A stretch of 64,000 nt of DNA from a bacterium. Lineage in GTDB: Bacteria; UBA10199; 2-02-FULL-50-16; JAJFLM01. Location of the stretch: contig CBDCFN010000015.1 in assembly GCA_965216315.1 (NCBI GenBank), positions 224,001 through 288,000 of the forward strand, given 5' to 3'. The notes beneath the pieces are model-generated. The model was given only the letters and a program-made list of their open reading frames with translations. It did not search any database and was not told where the DNA came from. This document shows, piece after piece, positions 47,888 to 57,614 of this stretch (the first letter of the stretch is position 1; each line of letters opens with the position of its first letter). The position numbers were made by a program, and so were the translations under genes.

Positions 47888-49441
47888 TTATATGCCCCGC
47901 AGCGCCGCTCGTTTCAACTTGCCATTCCGCGTCCGTGGCAAAGCCTCTACAATAAAGACTTTGCGGGGGATCTTGTAGTCAGCCAGGTGTTCGCGAGCAT
48001 AGAAGATAAGCTCCTCAGCAACCTCGGGCTCAACAAGCGGGGCCCCTACAATTGTGGGGACGATGTACGCGATCATAACCATTTTGCCGTCTAGCTCATG
48101 CGCGACAACCCCTGATTCAGCCACCAGAGGATATTCATTGAGAACGGTCTCTACTTCCAGTGGTGAAACCCGGTAGCCACCGACCGTCAGGACATCATCA
48201 CGACGACCCATAAAATAAAAGTTGCCGGCTTCATCACGCCTCGCCAAGTCACCACTGAGAAACCAGTCTCCCGTCCATGGATCCGGCTCATCGCGATAAC
48301 CCAACATCAGTCCGGGACAACTTCGATGTGAGGCCAGGATACCGATTTCATCGATCCCGGTCTCCGATAAGTCCTCGTTAAGGACCGCAACGCGGTGATT
48401 GGGAAGGGGCTGCCCGCACGATCCCGCCACAATCGCTTCACCGTAGCGCTGCACGAGGTAGACACTGTGCTCGGTCATGCCCAGTCCTTCATATAAGTCC
48501 AATTCGGTGGCAGCTTTAAACTGATCGCGTAACGCTTGCGTCAACGCTTCGCCGGCGCTCAAGGCGACGCGAACCTTGTGGAGTCCCCCCCCACCCTGAC
48601 CCTCCCCCGTCGAGGGGGAGGGAATCGATTTTAGATGCCGCGTGATCCGCCGATAAATCCCCGGCACACTCATCAAAACCGTCACCTTAAATTTGGAAAT
48701 GAGTTTGCAAAGCACCTCTGCTTCCGGCGGGCCCTGATAGGTCACGATCGAGACACGATGGCGCCAACAATCCAACATGCCGGCGGTCAGGGCATAGCTC
48801 CAATTGAGTGCACTCGTATTAAAAACGACGTCATTGTATTTGAGGTCCTGCCAGCGCTTTACGCGTTCATCATGGGCAGGAATACTGCGATGGGCATGAA
48901 TCACTGCCTTGGGCGTTCCTTCGGTTCCGCTGGTGTAGAGCCAAAAGGCTGGGTCGTCGGGCTGGGTGGGGGCAACTGCAAACTGCGAGGAAGCCGCCTT
49001 GATCAAGTCAGTAAAGGAGGCCTCTCCGACGAGAATAACGTGCTGAGGCTTACGAATCTCTTCTGGCAACAATTCCGGCGACGTCACCAAGACCTTGCCC
49101 TCACTATCATCGAGCAAAAACTGTAACTCCGGCGCCTTGAGCAGCGGCGACGTTGGAACCGGTATCACCCCGGCCTTGATCGCACCCAAAAAGGCGACTG
49201 GAAACTCGGCACAATTCGGTAGTCGAATCAGAAGACGTTCACCCGGCTTCACCCCGAGCGCCCGCAGGGCATTCGCAAAGCGGTTCGTCAATCTTGCCAG
49301 GTTGGAGAAGGTTAATGACTTGTGTTTGAGCTTGTCACCGACAGCCTCGACGACTGTCAAAGCCACTTGGTCCTTGGTTTGAAGGTACTGCAGATGCTTG
49401 TCGATGCAGTCGGTGGCAAGATTGTAGGGTTCCATCGCCAA
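47888..49441 (-). CDS. Acyl-CoA synthetase (benzoate-CoA ligase-like)
   Basis: YTSGTEGTPK, SAGE, EGLGMTE, SGD, GRRDD, PRTRNGK. Confidence 0.9.
   Translation of the reverse strand: MAMEPYNLATDCIDKHLQYLQTKDQVALTVVEAVGDKLKHKSLTFSNLARLTNRFANALRALGVKPGERLLIRLPNCAEFPVAFLGAIKAGVIPVPTSPLLKAPELQFLLDDSEGKVLVTSPELLPEEIRKPQHVILVGEASFTDLIKAASSQFAVAPTQPDDPAFWLYTSGTEGTPKAVIHAHRSIPAHDERVKRWQDLKYNDVVFNTSALNWSYALTAGMLDCWRHRVSIVTYQGPPEAEVLCKLISKFKVTVLMSVPGIYRRITRHLKSIPSPSTGEGQGGGGLHKVRVALSAGEALTQALRDQFKAATELDLYEGLGMTEHSVYLVQRYGEAIVAGSCGQPLPNHRVAVLNEDLSETGIDEIGILASHRSCPGLMLGYRDEPDPWTGDWFLSGDLARRDEAGNFYFMGRRDDVLTVGGYRVSPLEVETVLNEYPLVAESGVVAHELDGKMVMIAYIVPTIVGAPLVEPEVAEELIFYAREHLADYKIPRKVFIVEALPRTRNGKLKRAALRGI
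48585..48624. repeat. In-frame family-A-type half element in acyl-CoA ligase
   Basis: ttccctccccctcgacgggggagggtcagggtggggggg on minus strand; encodes IPSPSTGEGQGGG. Confidence 0.8.
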
Positions 49442-49453
49442 CGTATTGCTTTC

Positions 49454-50521
49454 TTACTTCGGAAATTTTTGCGGCTCGGCCACCTGCAACGACCCGTCAC
49501 TATCCAAGGCCTTCATGTAAGCAATGACATCAGCGATCTCCTGCTCATTCAGATTTAACGGCACCATCAACGGATCTAGCTGCGGGTTCTTGTTGCCACC
49601 CTTGTTGTAGAACTCCATCACCGCCTCCAAGGTCGCCTCGGAGCCATCGTGCATGTACGGTGCGGTCTGGGTGATATCGCGCAGCCCCGGCGTCTTGAAG
49701 GCCCCTTTAAAGCGCTCTTCTTTAACCTCGCTATAGCGACCCAGGTCGGGTTCTTTGGCCGTAATACCCACACCCAAGTTATGAAACTGGCTGTCACTAA
49801 AGTTGGGCCCGGCATGACACCGTGAGCATTTGGCCTTGCCAAAAAAGAGATCCTTGCCGCGGATTTCCGCCGCATTCAGGGCACTCTTGTCCCCTTGGGC
49901 ATAGCGATCGTATTTGGAGTTTGCTGAAATGATGGTCCGCTCAAAGGCCGCAATCGCCATCACGATCTTGTCTTTGTTAATGCCTTCTTCGCCGAAGGCC
50001 TGTTTAAAGAAGGGAGCATAGCCGGGAATGCCTTCAACAATTTTCACGAGGGCGTCATGGTCTTTGAGACCCATCTCAACCGGATTGATAAAGGGGCCGA
50101 GTGCTTGTTCTTCCAGCGTTTTGGCGCGCCCGTCCCAAAATTGAAGGAACATATAGGCGGAATTTTGCACCGGCGGAGCGCTGCGCGTGCCTTTTTGACC
50201 TTTGATGCCCGTCGACACCGGAGCCTGATCGGCCCAGCCCTTGCTGGGAATATGGCAGGTCGCACAGGCAATCGTTCCATCCGCCGACAATCTCTTGTCA
50301 AAATAAAGCAGATAACCAAGCTCCACTTTATCGACACTCATCGGATTGTCCGGGGGCACCAGAGGTTGAGAAAAAAGCCCGACCGGCGGTTTTTCAAAAC
50401 GTTGATACAAAGCTTCGGCAACCGGTCGTGTCCCTAAATCCGCCGGTCCTTCCGGAGTTTTAGAACAACTCAGCCCACCCAATGCCCCGATGAGCAAGAG
50501 TATAATCGAATAGCGCAGCAT
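49454..50521 (-). CDS. Di-heme cytochrome c peroxidase/MauG family lipoprotein
   Basis: CATCH and CSRCH, FWDGRA, NPVEM, FKTP.LR, TAPYMHDG. Confidence 0.92.
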   Translation of the reverse strand: MLRYSIILLLIGALGGLSCSKTPEGPADLGTRPVAEALYQRFEKPPVGLFSQPLVPPDNPMSVDKVELGYLLYFDKRLSADGTIACATCHIPSKGWADQAPVSTGIKGQKGTRSAPPVQNSAYMFLQFWDGRAKTLEEQALGPFINPVEMGLKDHDALVKIVEGIPGYAPFFKQAFGEEGINKDKIVMAIAAFERTIISANSKYDRYAQGDKSALNAAEIRGKDLFFGKAKCSRCHAGPNFSDSQFHNLGVGITAKEPDLGRYSEVKEERFKGAFKTPGLRDITQTAPYMHDGSEATLEAVMEFYNKGGNKNPQLDPLMVPLNLNEQEIADVIAYMKALDSDGSLQVAEPQKFPK

Positions 50522-50537
50522 ATGTTTCCCCCTTCAC

Positions 50538-51509
50538 TTATTCTCCCGCCAACTCCGCCAGGCGTCCCGTCAACTCGACTCCCAGGTCAAAGCAGGAACG
50601 AAAAATAGAACTGATATTCAATCCTAACGGAATCGGCTGGGCAAGCTTTTGATTGAAATCATGGACCATCTTAAAGAGGTCCGTACAGACATCGAGTGAA
50701 CTGAGCCCGACATCATTCCCATTCTGAATTAATTGCGCCTCAACGCCAGGTGGGATCTCAACACCGAGCCAACGTAAAAACTCCACCTGTTTCGCCTCCT
50801 TGAGCGGCGCCAACGACAAGAAAATTCTTCGGGGTGTCACACCACCATTTTCACAGCGCGCCGAATAATCCCAGAGGAGACGACAGATGCGATCCGCCTC
50901 GTAAATGATTTGCGAAGTAAAAAATTGGATTCCCGCGGCGGCTTTGGCCAACAAGCGCCCGGGCTCATCCTGATCCGGATCCGTGCGCCGCCGCGAGGGA
51001 ATGGTAATCGCACCACAGAGCCACTTATCGTCTTCCGCGAGATGACAGTTGACCTCCTCGGTTATCAGCTTGGCCATCCCCGAAACTGAAGGCCCCGGAT
51101 AATCGACACGGTGGGACTCTCCCCCGACGAGAATGAGGTTTCGTATCCCCAACTTCCTGGTATTCTCCAACCAGTCTTTCTGCTGCTCCGCCGTACGGTA
51201 GACGACCACCCGATTCACGACGAGATCGATCGGTTTCACAAAGGACTGCTTGAGAAGATGACCGAAGTCACGTGGTTTCATCCGTTTGTTATATTTATAG
51301 GTGCGCTCCCCCTCACGCGTCTCATCGCGTATCTCCGGAATATTGACGGCCACGACCGGCACTGTTTCCAAAGCCTGCACGATACGATCGCGCCAGGCAT
51401 GAACCTTGGCCGTTTCACTATCCCGCCGCGGCGGAATCGTCTCAAAAAGGATCGGTACGCCCCCATCCGCAAGGACACGCTCCCTAAAAATGTTTCTGCA
51501 CTGTGTCAT
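50538..51509 (-). CDS. Methylenetetrahydrofolate reductase-like (mycobacterial-type)
   Basis: FE.IPP, VNIPEIRDE, VGG, ITIP.R, E..RL..K...G..FFTSQ..Y. Confidence 0.65.
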   Translation of the reverse strand: MTQCRNIFRERVLADGGVPILFETIPPRRDSETAKVHAWRDRIVQALETVPVVAVNIPEIRDETREGERTYKYNKRMKPRDFGHLLKQSFVKPIDLVVNRVVVYRTAEQQKDWLENTRKLGIRNLILVGGESHRVDYPGPSVSGMAKLITEEVNCHLAEDDKWLCGAITIPSRRRTDPDQDEPGRLLAKAAAGIQFFTSQIIYEADRICRLLWDYSARCENGGVTPRRIFLSLAPLKEAKQVEFLRWLGVEIPPGVEAQLIQNGNDVGLSSLDVCTDLFKMVHDFNQKLAQPIPLGLNISSIFRSCFDLGVELTGRLAELAGE

Positions 51510-51618
51510 GGTTTAAGACGAAGATTCTTGGCAGGATATTTATCAGAGTTCAAGAACGAACCCACAAATTCCCCCGGTGTGTTGACCTAGCCTTGGCAGA
51601 GGGTGCTTATCCTAAGCC

Positions 51619-51987
51619 TTACCAATCATACTCTGGAATCGGCTTACTAAAAGACAACCCCATCGTTCCCTGCTCTTGTTCGAAATGAGCGACTTTTGCC
51701 GGCATGGTTACTTGCTCACGCTTCCCCGTCAGTTGGACAGTTAATTCATGTCCAGGAAGAAGCGTCAACAAATCAGCCCTAAACTGCAACCGCAACCCGA
51801 CTCCTCCTGCCGATATATCAACGGCTTGAGCCTCCAATTCGAATTGATCGCTGCGTCCCTCGTGGACCAGCGATCGCGCATTCAAGAACAGGCTAACGTG
51901 AAGAGCATTACCCCCCCCAAGGGTTTTCCTCTCAAACTGCCGTTTTTCCACAGTTGACCCTTTACCCTTGAGAACACGAGCTCTCAC
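51619..51987 (-). CDS. PilZ-domain protein
   Basis: RQFER (RxxxR), DISAGG, terminal GLSF. Confidence 0.8.
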   Translation of the reverse strand: MRARVLKGKGSTVEKRQFERKTLGGGNALHVSLFLNARSLVHEGRSDQFELEAQAVDISAGGVGLRLQFRADLLTLLPGHELTVQLTGKREQVTMPAKVAHFEQEQGTMGLSFSKPIPEYDW

Positions 51988-52111
51988 ATGACCCGTGCCT
52001 ATATCATTTAGATCGACACAAAATCCAATTCGTTGCTAATTTTCGCTAAATGGAAAGCTTTTTTTCTACAAGAATTCCAACACCTTAAAAACCCTCGGAA
52101 AATTAGCGGGC

Positions 52112-52711
52112 TCAGAGGTTGAGGAAGTCCGGCAACTGTTTCACCAAGGCGCAAAGCGCCTGACCACGGTGGCTGAAGCGCGCCTTCTCGCTAGGAACGA
52201 GTTCTGCAAAGGTTTTGCCGGCGGCGGGACATAGAAACAAGGGATCATAACCAAAGCCGCCATGTCCCTGCGGTGCCAACAAAACCTCGCCATCGCAATG
52301 CCCGTGCACCAACAATTCACGACCCTCGGGAGTAACGAGCGCCATGACGCAAACGAAACGGGCCTGTCGTTGTTGTGGAGGAACCGCTTCCAACATTTTT
52401 AATAGATGCGCATTGTTCTCTTCATCGGTCGCGTGTTCGCCGGCAAAACGCGCTGAATGAATGCCGGGACGACCATTGAGGGCCAGTACCTCCAATCCTG
52501 AATCATCAGCTAACGCTGTTTTGCCCAGCTGTTCGACAATGACACGAGCCTTTTTGAGAGCATTCTCCTCAAAACTCGTCCCGTCTTCTTCGGCCACTCT
52601 TACCGCAGGAAACTGGGCTAAGTTTCGCAAGACAATCGGCAGATCGCTTAGACTCTGCTCAATCTCGCGTACTTTGCCACTATTGCCGGTCGCGAGAACA
52701 ATTTCGCGCAC
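52112..52711 (-). CDS. rdgB: Non-canonical purine NTP pyrophosphatase
   Basis: ATGN.GK, ENA..KA, DDSGL, GFGYDP, SHRG.A. Confidence 0.96.
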   Translation of the reverse strand: MREIVLATGNSGKVREIEQSLSDLPIVLRNLAQFPAVRVAEEDGTSFEENALKKARVIVEQLGKTALADDSGLEVLALNGRPGIHSARFAGEHATDEENNAHLLKMLEAVPPQQRQARFVCVMALVTPEGRELLVHGHCDGEVLLAPQGHGGFGYDPLFLCPAAGKTFAELVPSEKARFSHRGQALCALVKQLPDFLNL

Positions 52712-52714
52712 GAT

Positions 52715-54091
52715 TTAGGCAGGTCCTTCCATATCAGGGGGGATATCATGCACCATATCACCAAAACGTGTATAAGCCCCTTCAAATTGGAGGCGCACCG
52801 TTCCGGTGGGGCCATTCCGCTGTTTCCCTAAAATGATTTCCGCAACGCCTTTATTGAGGGTCTCTTTGTCGTAGACCTCTTCACGATAAATAAAGGCAAT
52901 CACATCGGCATCTTGCTCGATCGCCCCTGATTCGCGAAGATCCGCGAGTTGCGGGATGGGCGGTCGCCGGTTTTCGACCATGCGATTGAGCTGTGATAAG
53001 GCGATGACCGGGATATTCAGCTCTTTGGCGAGGGCCTTCAGGGACATACTGATCTCGGAAATCTCCCGCTCCCGACTCTCGACTCGGCCCGCCCCCCTCA
53101 TCAGCTGCAGATAATCAACGACAACCAAACCAAGACCATGCTCACGATGGAGCCGCCGTGCTTTGGCACGAATCGCCAGAGACGTAATCGCCGGCGTATC
53201 ATCAATGAACAAGGGCGTCTCGGAAAGATTGCCGGCGGCGTCCGTAATCCTTGCCCAATCATCGCGCGATAAAAACCCCGTACGCAATTTAGAAGCATCT
53301 ACACGGGCATCAACGCATAAAAGTCGCTGAACCAGCTGCTCTTTGGACATTTCCAAAGAAAAAACCGCCACGGGAACTTTGCGAGCACGACAGGCATTGA
53401 TGGCAATATTGAGGGCCAAGGCTGTTTTTCCCATTGAGGGGCGCCCCGCCACGATAATCAAATCAGAGGGTTGAAGGCCTGCGGTCATGCGATCCAAATC
53501 GACAAAACCCGTCGGCAAGCCTGTTACAGCTTCTTTGCGTTCAAACTGCTCTTCGATCTTGGCATAAGTATCCCGCACGACGTCGGATATTTTATAAAAG
53601 GGTTGGCGTACTTTATTTTGGGCAATATCAAAGATGCGTTTCTCGGCCTGATCGACAAAATCATCAATATGTCCCGTCTCTCGGTAGCCTTGCTCGACAA
53701 TGTCATTTGCAACGTTGATTAACTGACGTAAGACTGATTTTTCACGAACAATCGTCGCGTAAGGACCCACACTCGCCGCCGTCGGAACGCCCTCAACCAA
53801 CATCGCCAATGCGGCCCGCCCCCCGATATTTTCCAATTCTCCGCGCCCATTAAGATGATTGGTCAACGTCAGCAGATCAATGGGTTCATTCTTATCGAGT
53901 AGCTCGAGCAATGATTCATAAATAAGCCGGTGCGCCGGGCGGTAAAAGTCATCGGATCGAATGATTTCCATAACCCGATACAATGCCTCGTTATCAAGCA
54001 AAACGGCGCCCAGCACCGCCTGCTCCGCCTCAATATTGTGAGGCGGGATACGTTCCAACACATCCGTTACTGTTTGTTTCGCTAGATCCAT
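52715..54091 (-). CDS. dnaB: Replicative DNA helicase
   Basis: PPHNIEAEQ, RPSMGKT, FSLEM, DYLQL, LSQL.R, DLRESGAIEQDAD. Confidence 0.98.
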   Translation of the reverse strand: MDLAKQTVTDVLERIPPHNIEAEQAVLGAVLLDNEALYRVMEIIRSDDFYRPAHRLIYESLLELLDKNEPIDLLTLTNHLNGRGELENIGGRAALAMLVEGVPTAASVGPYATIVREKSVLRQLINVANDIVEQGYRETGHIDDFVDQAEKRIFDIAQNKVRQPFYKISDVVRDTYAKIEEQFERKEAVTGLPTGFVDLDRMTAGLQPSDLIIVAGRPSMGKTALALNIAINACRARKVPVAVFSLEMSKEQLVQRLLCVDARVDASKLRTGFLSRDDWARITDAAGNLSETPLFIDDTPAITSLAIRAKARRLHREHGLGLVVVDYLQLMRGAGRVESREREISEISMSLKALAKELNIPVIALSQLNRMVENRRPPIPQLADLRESGAIEQDADVIAFIYREEVYDKETLNKGVAEIILGKQRNGPTGTVRLQFEGAYTRFGDMVHDIPPDMEGPA

Positions 54092-54535
54092 CTATGCCTT
54101 CACGACATTAATTTTACATTTTGCGACGACGCCCGAGTACACTCGAACATCAACCGGATGCTCTCCGAGCGTCCGAATGGCATCACTAAAAGAGATCATT
54201 TTGCGATCGACCTTTACGCCCTGTTGCTGAATCACTTCTTCCACGTCGGCAGTCGTCACAGAACCATAAAGCTTGTCTTCTTCACCGGCTTCTTTGGTAA
54301 TACTCAAGGTCAAGGCCTCTATCTGTTTCGCCAAGGCCTCCGCCTCCGCTTTTTGCTGGGCCTGTTTGGCCTCTAAAGCAGCACGTTCCGCCTCAAGCCG
54401 TTTCTTGTTTCCTTCCGTAGCCATATAGGCCAAGCGATTAGGAATGAGATAATTGCGGGCGTATCCCGACTTGACCTTAACAATTTCTCCGACCTCGCCG
54501 AGTGCCGCAATATTTTCTCTAAGAATGACTTCCAT
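54092..54535 (-). CDS. rplI: 50S ribosomal protein L9
   Basis: MEVIL..LG..G..V.VK.GYARNYL, LYGSV. Confidence 0.97.
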   Translation of the reverse strand: MEVILRENIAALGEVGEIVKVKSGYARNYLIPNRLAYMATEGNKKRLEAERAALEAKQAQQKAEAEALAKQIEALTLSITKEAGEEDKLYGSVTTADVEEVIQQQGVKVDRKMISFSDAIRTLGEHPVDVRVYSGVVAKCKINVVKA

Positions 54536-54538
54536 GAT

Positions 54539-55600
54539 TTATTCTCCTTGTGAGGATTCTTTCTTGCTAAAATTACGCTTCCTAAAATTAAACCAAACAT
54601 CAAATAGGCCGAGGGCCGCTACAAAAAGGGCCAGGACCTGGAAAAAAAATATCAGCGCCCCGTAGATCAGAACTTTCGTCACAATACTGCGGCGACTCTG
54701 TGCAAAGTAGGCGACAATCGCCAGCCCCTGGAAAAAATAAATCGCACCGCACACCCACAGAATGTTACTAGCGCCAATGGCCAACACGCCTTGATCCCCA
54801 CCAGATCCACTGATCAGGTACACATCAAGAAAATAGACCGCGCCCGCGACAATCGGAACCCAAACGAATCGTTCCACCATTCGCCACTTCGTCAAGCTTC
54901 CAAAGTGGTGAAAGAGCGGCACACTTCGCTTTTTGTCAAAACGTAAGCTCCAGAGCCGAGCGAGCAATACATTACCCCATACCGTCACTAAAGTTCCAAT
55001 CACGGCTCCTGCGGGCAGCATTCTCAAGACCTGCTGAGCAATGTCCTCGCGACGTGTCTGGAGAAAGCGAAGGTCTTCGCCCGACAGGCCGGCCGGCGTA
55101 CCTACCTTGATAATGTTGTCCAAGACATGGAGCATATAATTCCTTGCTTGGGCCATCACATCAATCTCGTTGGCCAGCGCAAACACTAAAACCACGAGGG
55201 CCATTCCAATTAAAGGTGCAAAGATCGCAATTCCAAAACTACGCTCTAACGAATATCTTTTCTCTTCCATCCAACCGAGGAGGCCGGCAATGGCCGCATA
55301 ATAACTAAAATACAGCAGCCCAAAACCCAGTACGACTTTATTGCCAAAGTAGCCTCTAAACCCAAAACCAGGCAACGGAAACCAACGCTCCCAAGCTCCC
55401 GGTTCTGCTCCGCTCCCTTGCAAGAGCGCCATGTAGAGCAGTAGCAAACCCAGTATCGCAATCAGGAGCGACGCGGCAAAAGCCACGCCACCATTTCGAC
55501 TGTAGCGATACAAGAGGGGGAGCGGCGTCCATAATACAAAAACACCGCTCACATAGAGCATCCAAGTAGCCCCAACCGATATCAATAGCGCCGCATTCAC
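54539..55600 (-). CDS. DUF2232/YybS membrane protein
   Basis: Multi-TM, FFQGLA, LGLFD.WF.FR; between rpsR and rplI. Confidence 0.82.
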   Translation of the reverse strand: MNAALLISVGATWMLYVSGVFVLWTPLPLLYRYSRNGGVAFAASLLIAILGLLLLYMALLQGSGAEPGAWERWFPLPGFGFRGYFGNKVVLGFGLLYFSYYAAIAGLLGWMEEKRYSLERSFGIAIFAPLIGMALVVLVFALANEIDVMAQARNYMLHVLDNIIKVGTPAGLSGEDLRFLQTRREDIAQQVLRMLPAGAVIGTLVTVWGNVLLARLWSLRFDKKRSVPLFHHFGSLTKWRMVERFVWVPIVAGAVYFLDVYLISGSGGDQGVLAIGASNILWVCGAIYFFQGLAIVAYFAQSRRSIVTKVLIYGALIFFFQVLALFVAALGLFDVWFNFRKRNFSKKESSQGE

Positions 55601-55608
55601 AGCAACGA

Positions 55609-55848
55609 CTACCTATGGGCCGTCGTAAAAGGTATATACGCCAGAATGCGGGCGCGTTTAATTTCCTGAGTCAACCGCCGCTGATGCCGGGCACAGTTAC
55701 CGGTAATACGACGTGGCAAAATTTTAAAATTCGCCGTTAAAAACTGCGACAGAGTCCTTTGCTCCCTATAGGTCAAGGGAATTTCGGGATCACTACAAAA
55801 ACGGCATGTTTTGCGTCGTTGCCTTCGCTTTCCATTGGTATCTTCCAT
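55609..55848 (-). CDS. rpsR: 30S ribosomal protein S18 (Zn-binding form)
   Basis: CRFC, KILPRRITGNC..HQR, IKRAR. Confidence 0.96.
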   Translation of the reverse strand: MEDTNGKRRQRRKTCRFCSDPEIPLTYREQRTLSQFLTANFKILPRRITGNCARHQRRLTQEIKRARILAYIPFTTAHR

Positions 55849-55864
55849 AATTCCTTCTTTCTAG

Positions 55865-56263
55865 TTAGCTGACAGCTGCAGCTTCTTGGCCCTTGTCACT
55901 CGCTTCTTCTGCAGCCGGCGGAGGCGGCGCCGCTTTTTTCTCCTCATAATCCTTCTTCGCCTTCTCGACGTCGATATCACGACCCAAGCGAATCGTAAGA
56001 AAACGCAGTATCTCCGCTGAAATACGAAAAAGCCCTTCTATCTCATCGACCAAGGCACCGGTCCCGATGAAATCAACCTGCACATAATGTCCTTTGGGTT
56101 CTTTCTTGATCGGGTACGCCATGGTCTTTTCGCCTAGATCTTGCAAACCAAGGATTTCGCCACCGTGCTTTTCAAAGGCCTTAGTAAAACGCGCTTCTAA
56201 TTTTTTGAATTTCTCCGGATCGGCGCCCAGTTTACGAATGTATGTCAGTTCATATTGATTCAT
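55865..56263 (-). CDS. rpsF: 30S ribosomal protein S6
   Basis: YE, G.K.MAYPI.K...GHY, ILRF. Confidence 0.93.
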   Translation of the reverse strand: MNQYELTYIRKLGADPEKFKKLEARFTKAFEKHGGEILGLQDLGEKTMAYPIKKEPKGHYVQVDFIGTGALVDEIEGLFRISAEILRFLTIRLGRDIDVEKAKKDYEEKKAAPPPPAAEEASDKGQEAAAVS

Positions 56264-56291
56264 TGATTAACTCCTTACGTTCTAAAAAAAT

Positions 56292-56819
56292 CTATCCTTC
56301 ACTTACCCAGCGCTCGGCCGCTATCGCCGCTTGTTCAATTAAGTTTTCTACTGCATCCGCTTGGTCTGCTGAAAAACGCGACAAGACAAAATCAACCGGC
56401 TTGCCTCGTTCCGGGCGGCCAATACCCAAACGCAAGCGATAAAAATCTTTGCCGCCTACCATCTCAATGATGGAGCGAACCCCACGATGCCCCGCGGCTC
56501 CCGCATCATAGACCAGCTTGAATTTGCCGAGCTCAAAATCCAATTCATCGTGCAGTACCAATAAATCCTCTTTGCCGAGTTTCCAATAAGCCATGGCCGG
56601 CGCGACAGACTCTCCGCTGAGATTCATATAGGTCTGGGGCATCATCAAAAGGACCTTTTCGTCCCCAATCTGGCCCATGCCGTAGTTCGCTTGAAACTTT
56701 TCTTTGCGCACCGGAATATCATGTCGCGCTGCTAGGCGGTCCAAGACCTCAAATCCAATATTATGCCGCGTTCCTTGATATTCGGAACCTGGATTGCCAA
56801 GCCCCGCAATCAGCTTCAT
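56292..56819 (-). CDS. pth: Peptidyl-tRNA hydrolase
   Basis: GLGNPG, TRHNIGF, PQTYMNLSG, HDELD, RLRLGIGRP. Confidence 0.97.
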   Translation of the reverse strand: MKLIAGLGNPGSEYQGTRHNIGFEVLDRLAARHDIPVRKEKFQANYGMGQIGDEKVLLMMPQTYMNLSGESVAPAMAYWKLGKEDLLVLHDELDFELGKFKLVYDAGAAGHRGVRSIIEMVGGKDFYRLRLGIGRPERGKPVDFVLSRFSADQADAVENLIEQAAIAAERWVSEG

Positions 56820-56824
56820 CTATC

Positions 56825-57505
56825 TTACTTCTCTTCCTTCTTCTCGGCTTTATTCTCTTCTGGCTTCTCTTCACCCTCTTTGGCTTCCTCGCCTTCAGCC
56901 GCGGTTTCGACCGGTGCCACCTCTTCAACCTTAGTCGGGGCAACAACAGCGGCTACCGTATAATTGGTATCGACATGAGCGACGACGCCTTCGGGCAGAG
57001 GAAGATCTTCCACATGAAGACTTTGACCCATCTCCAACGAACTCACATCCGCAACAATATACTCGGGAATAACATTGGGCAGACACCGCAATTCGATTTC
57101 ACGACGAACAACGTCGAGTATGCCACCCGCCTTCACCCCTGGAGACGTCCCTTCGATATGGATGGGAATCGACACGGTGACCTCTTCTTTGAGATTAACC
57201 TTATAGAGATCGAGGTGAGTGAGAGTGCGGGTGACGGGGTCCGCCTGATGACTTTTTATCAGCGTCAAGAGCTGCTCACCTGCTTTAATCCCTTTGGCCT
57301 CACCCTTGACCTGAAGATCGATAAGTCCATTAAAGCCTTCGGCGCCCATTAGCTTGTCCATGATTCGTGCATCGACGACTAGAGCCACCCCATCAACGGC
57401 ATGGCCATACAGGACCGCGGGTAGCTTGCCTTTGCGGCGCAAACGACGCGAGGCGGCCGTGCCGGTACTCGTTCTCACTTCAGCTTCGATTTTTACTTGT
57501 TGCAT
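56825..57505 (-). CDS. rplY: 50S ribosomal protein L25/Ctc
   Basis: RRLR..G..PAVLYG, Q.DP....H.D, acidic tail. Confidence 0.95.
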   Translation of the reverse strand: MQQVKIEAEVRTSTGTAASRRLRRKGKLPAVLYGHAVDGVALVVDARIMDKLMGAEGFNGLIDLQVKGEAKGIKAGEQLLTLIKSHQADPVTRTLTHLDLYKVNLKEEVTVSIPIHIEGTSPGVKAGGILDVVRREIELRCLPNVIPEYIVADVSSLEMGQSLHVEDLPLPEGVVAHVDTNYTVAAVVAPTKVEEVAPVETAAEGEEAKEGEEKPEENKAEKKEEK

Positions 57506-57523
57506 GACTCTCTTCCTTCCTTC

Positions 57524-57597
57524 GTAGGGGCTCGCGTCGCCCCCTCCAAAAGCAAAGCTCCTGGAGCCTTCCCCTCTCGCTCGCGTTGCTCGCTAGG
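57524..57597 (+). repeat. Family B element, copy 3
   Basis: gtaggggctcgcgtcgccccctccaaaagcaaagctcctggagccttcccctctcgctcgc..ctag. Confidence 0.88.
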
Positions 57598-57614
57598 GTG
57601 AAGCGCGTATTTAT

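Noticed and set aside
52715..54091. Intein in DnaB
   Set aside because: Normal length with contiguous motifs
55848..55865. Missing ssb/priB between rpsF and rpsR
   Set aside because: rpsF-rpsR-yybS-rplI-dnaB is an ordinary arrangement in deltaproteobacteria-like genomes
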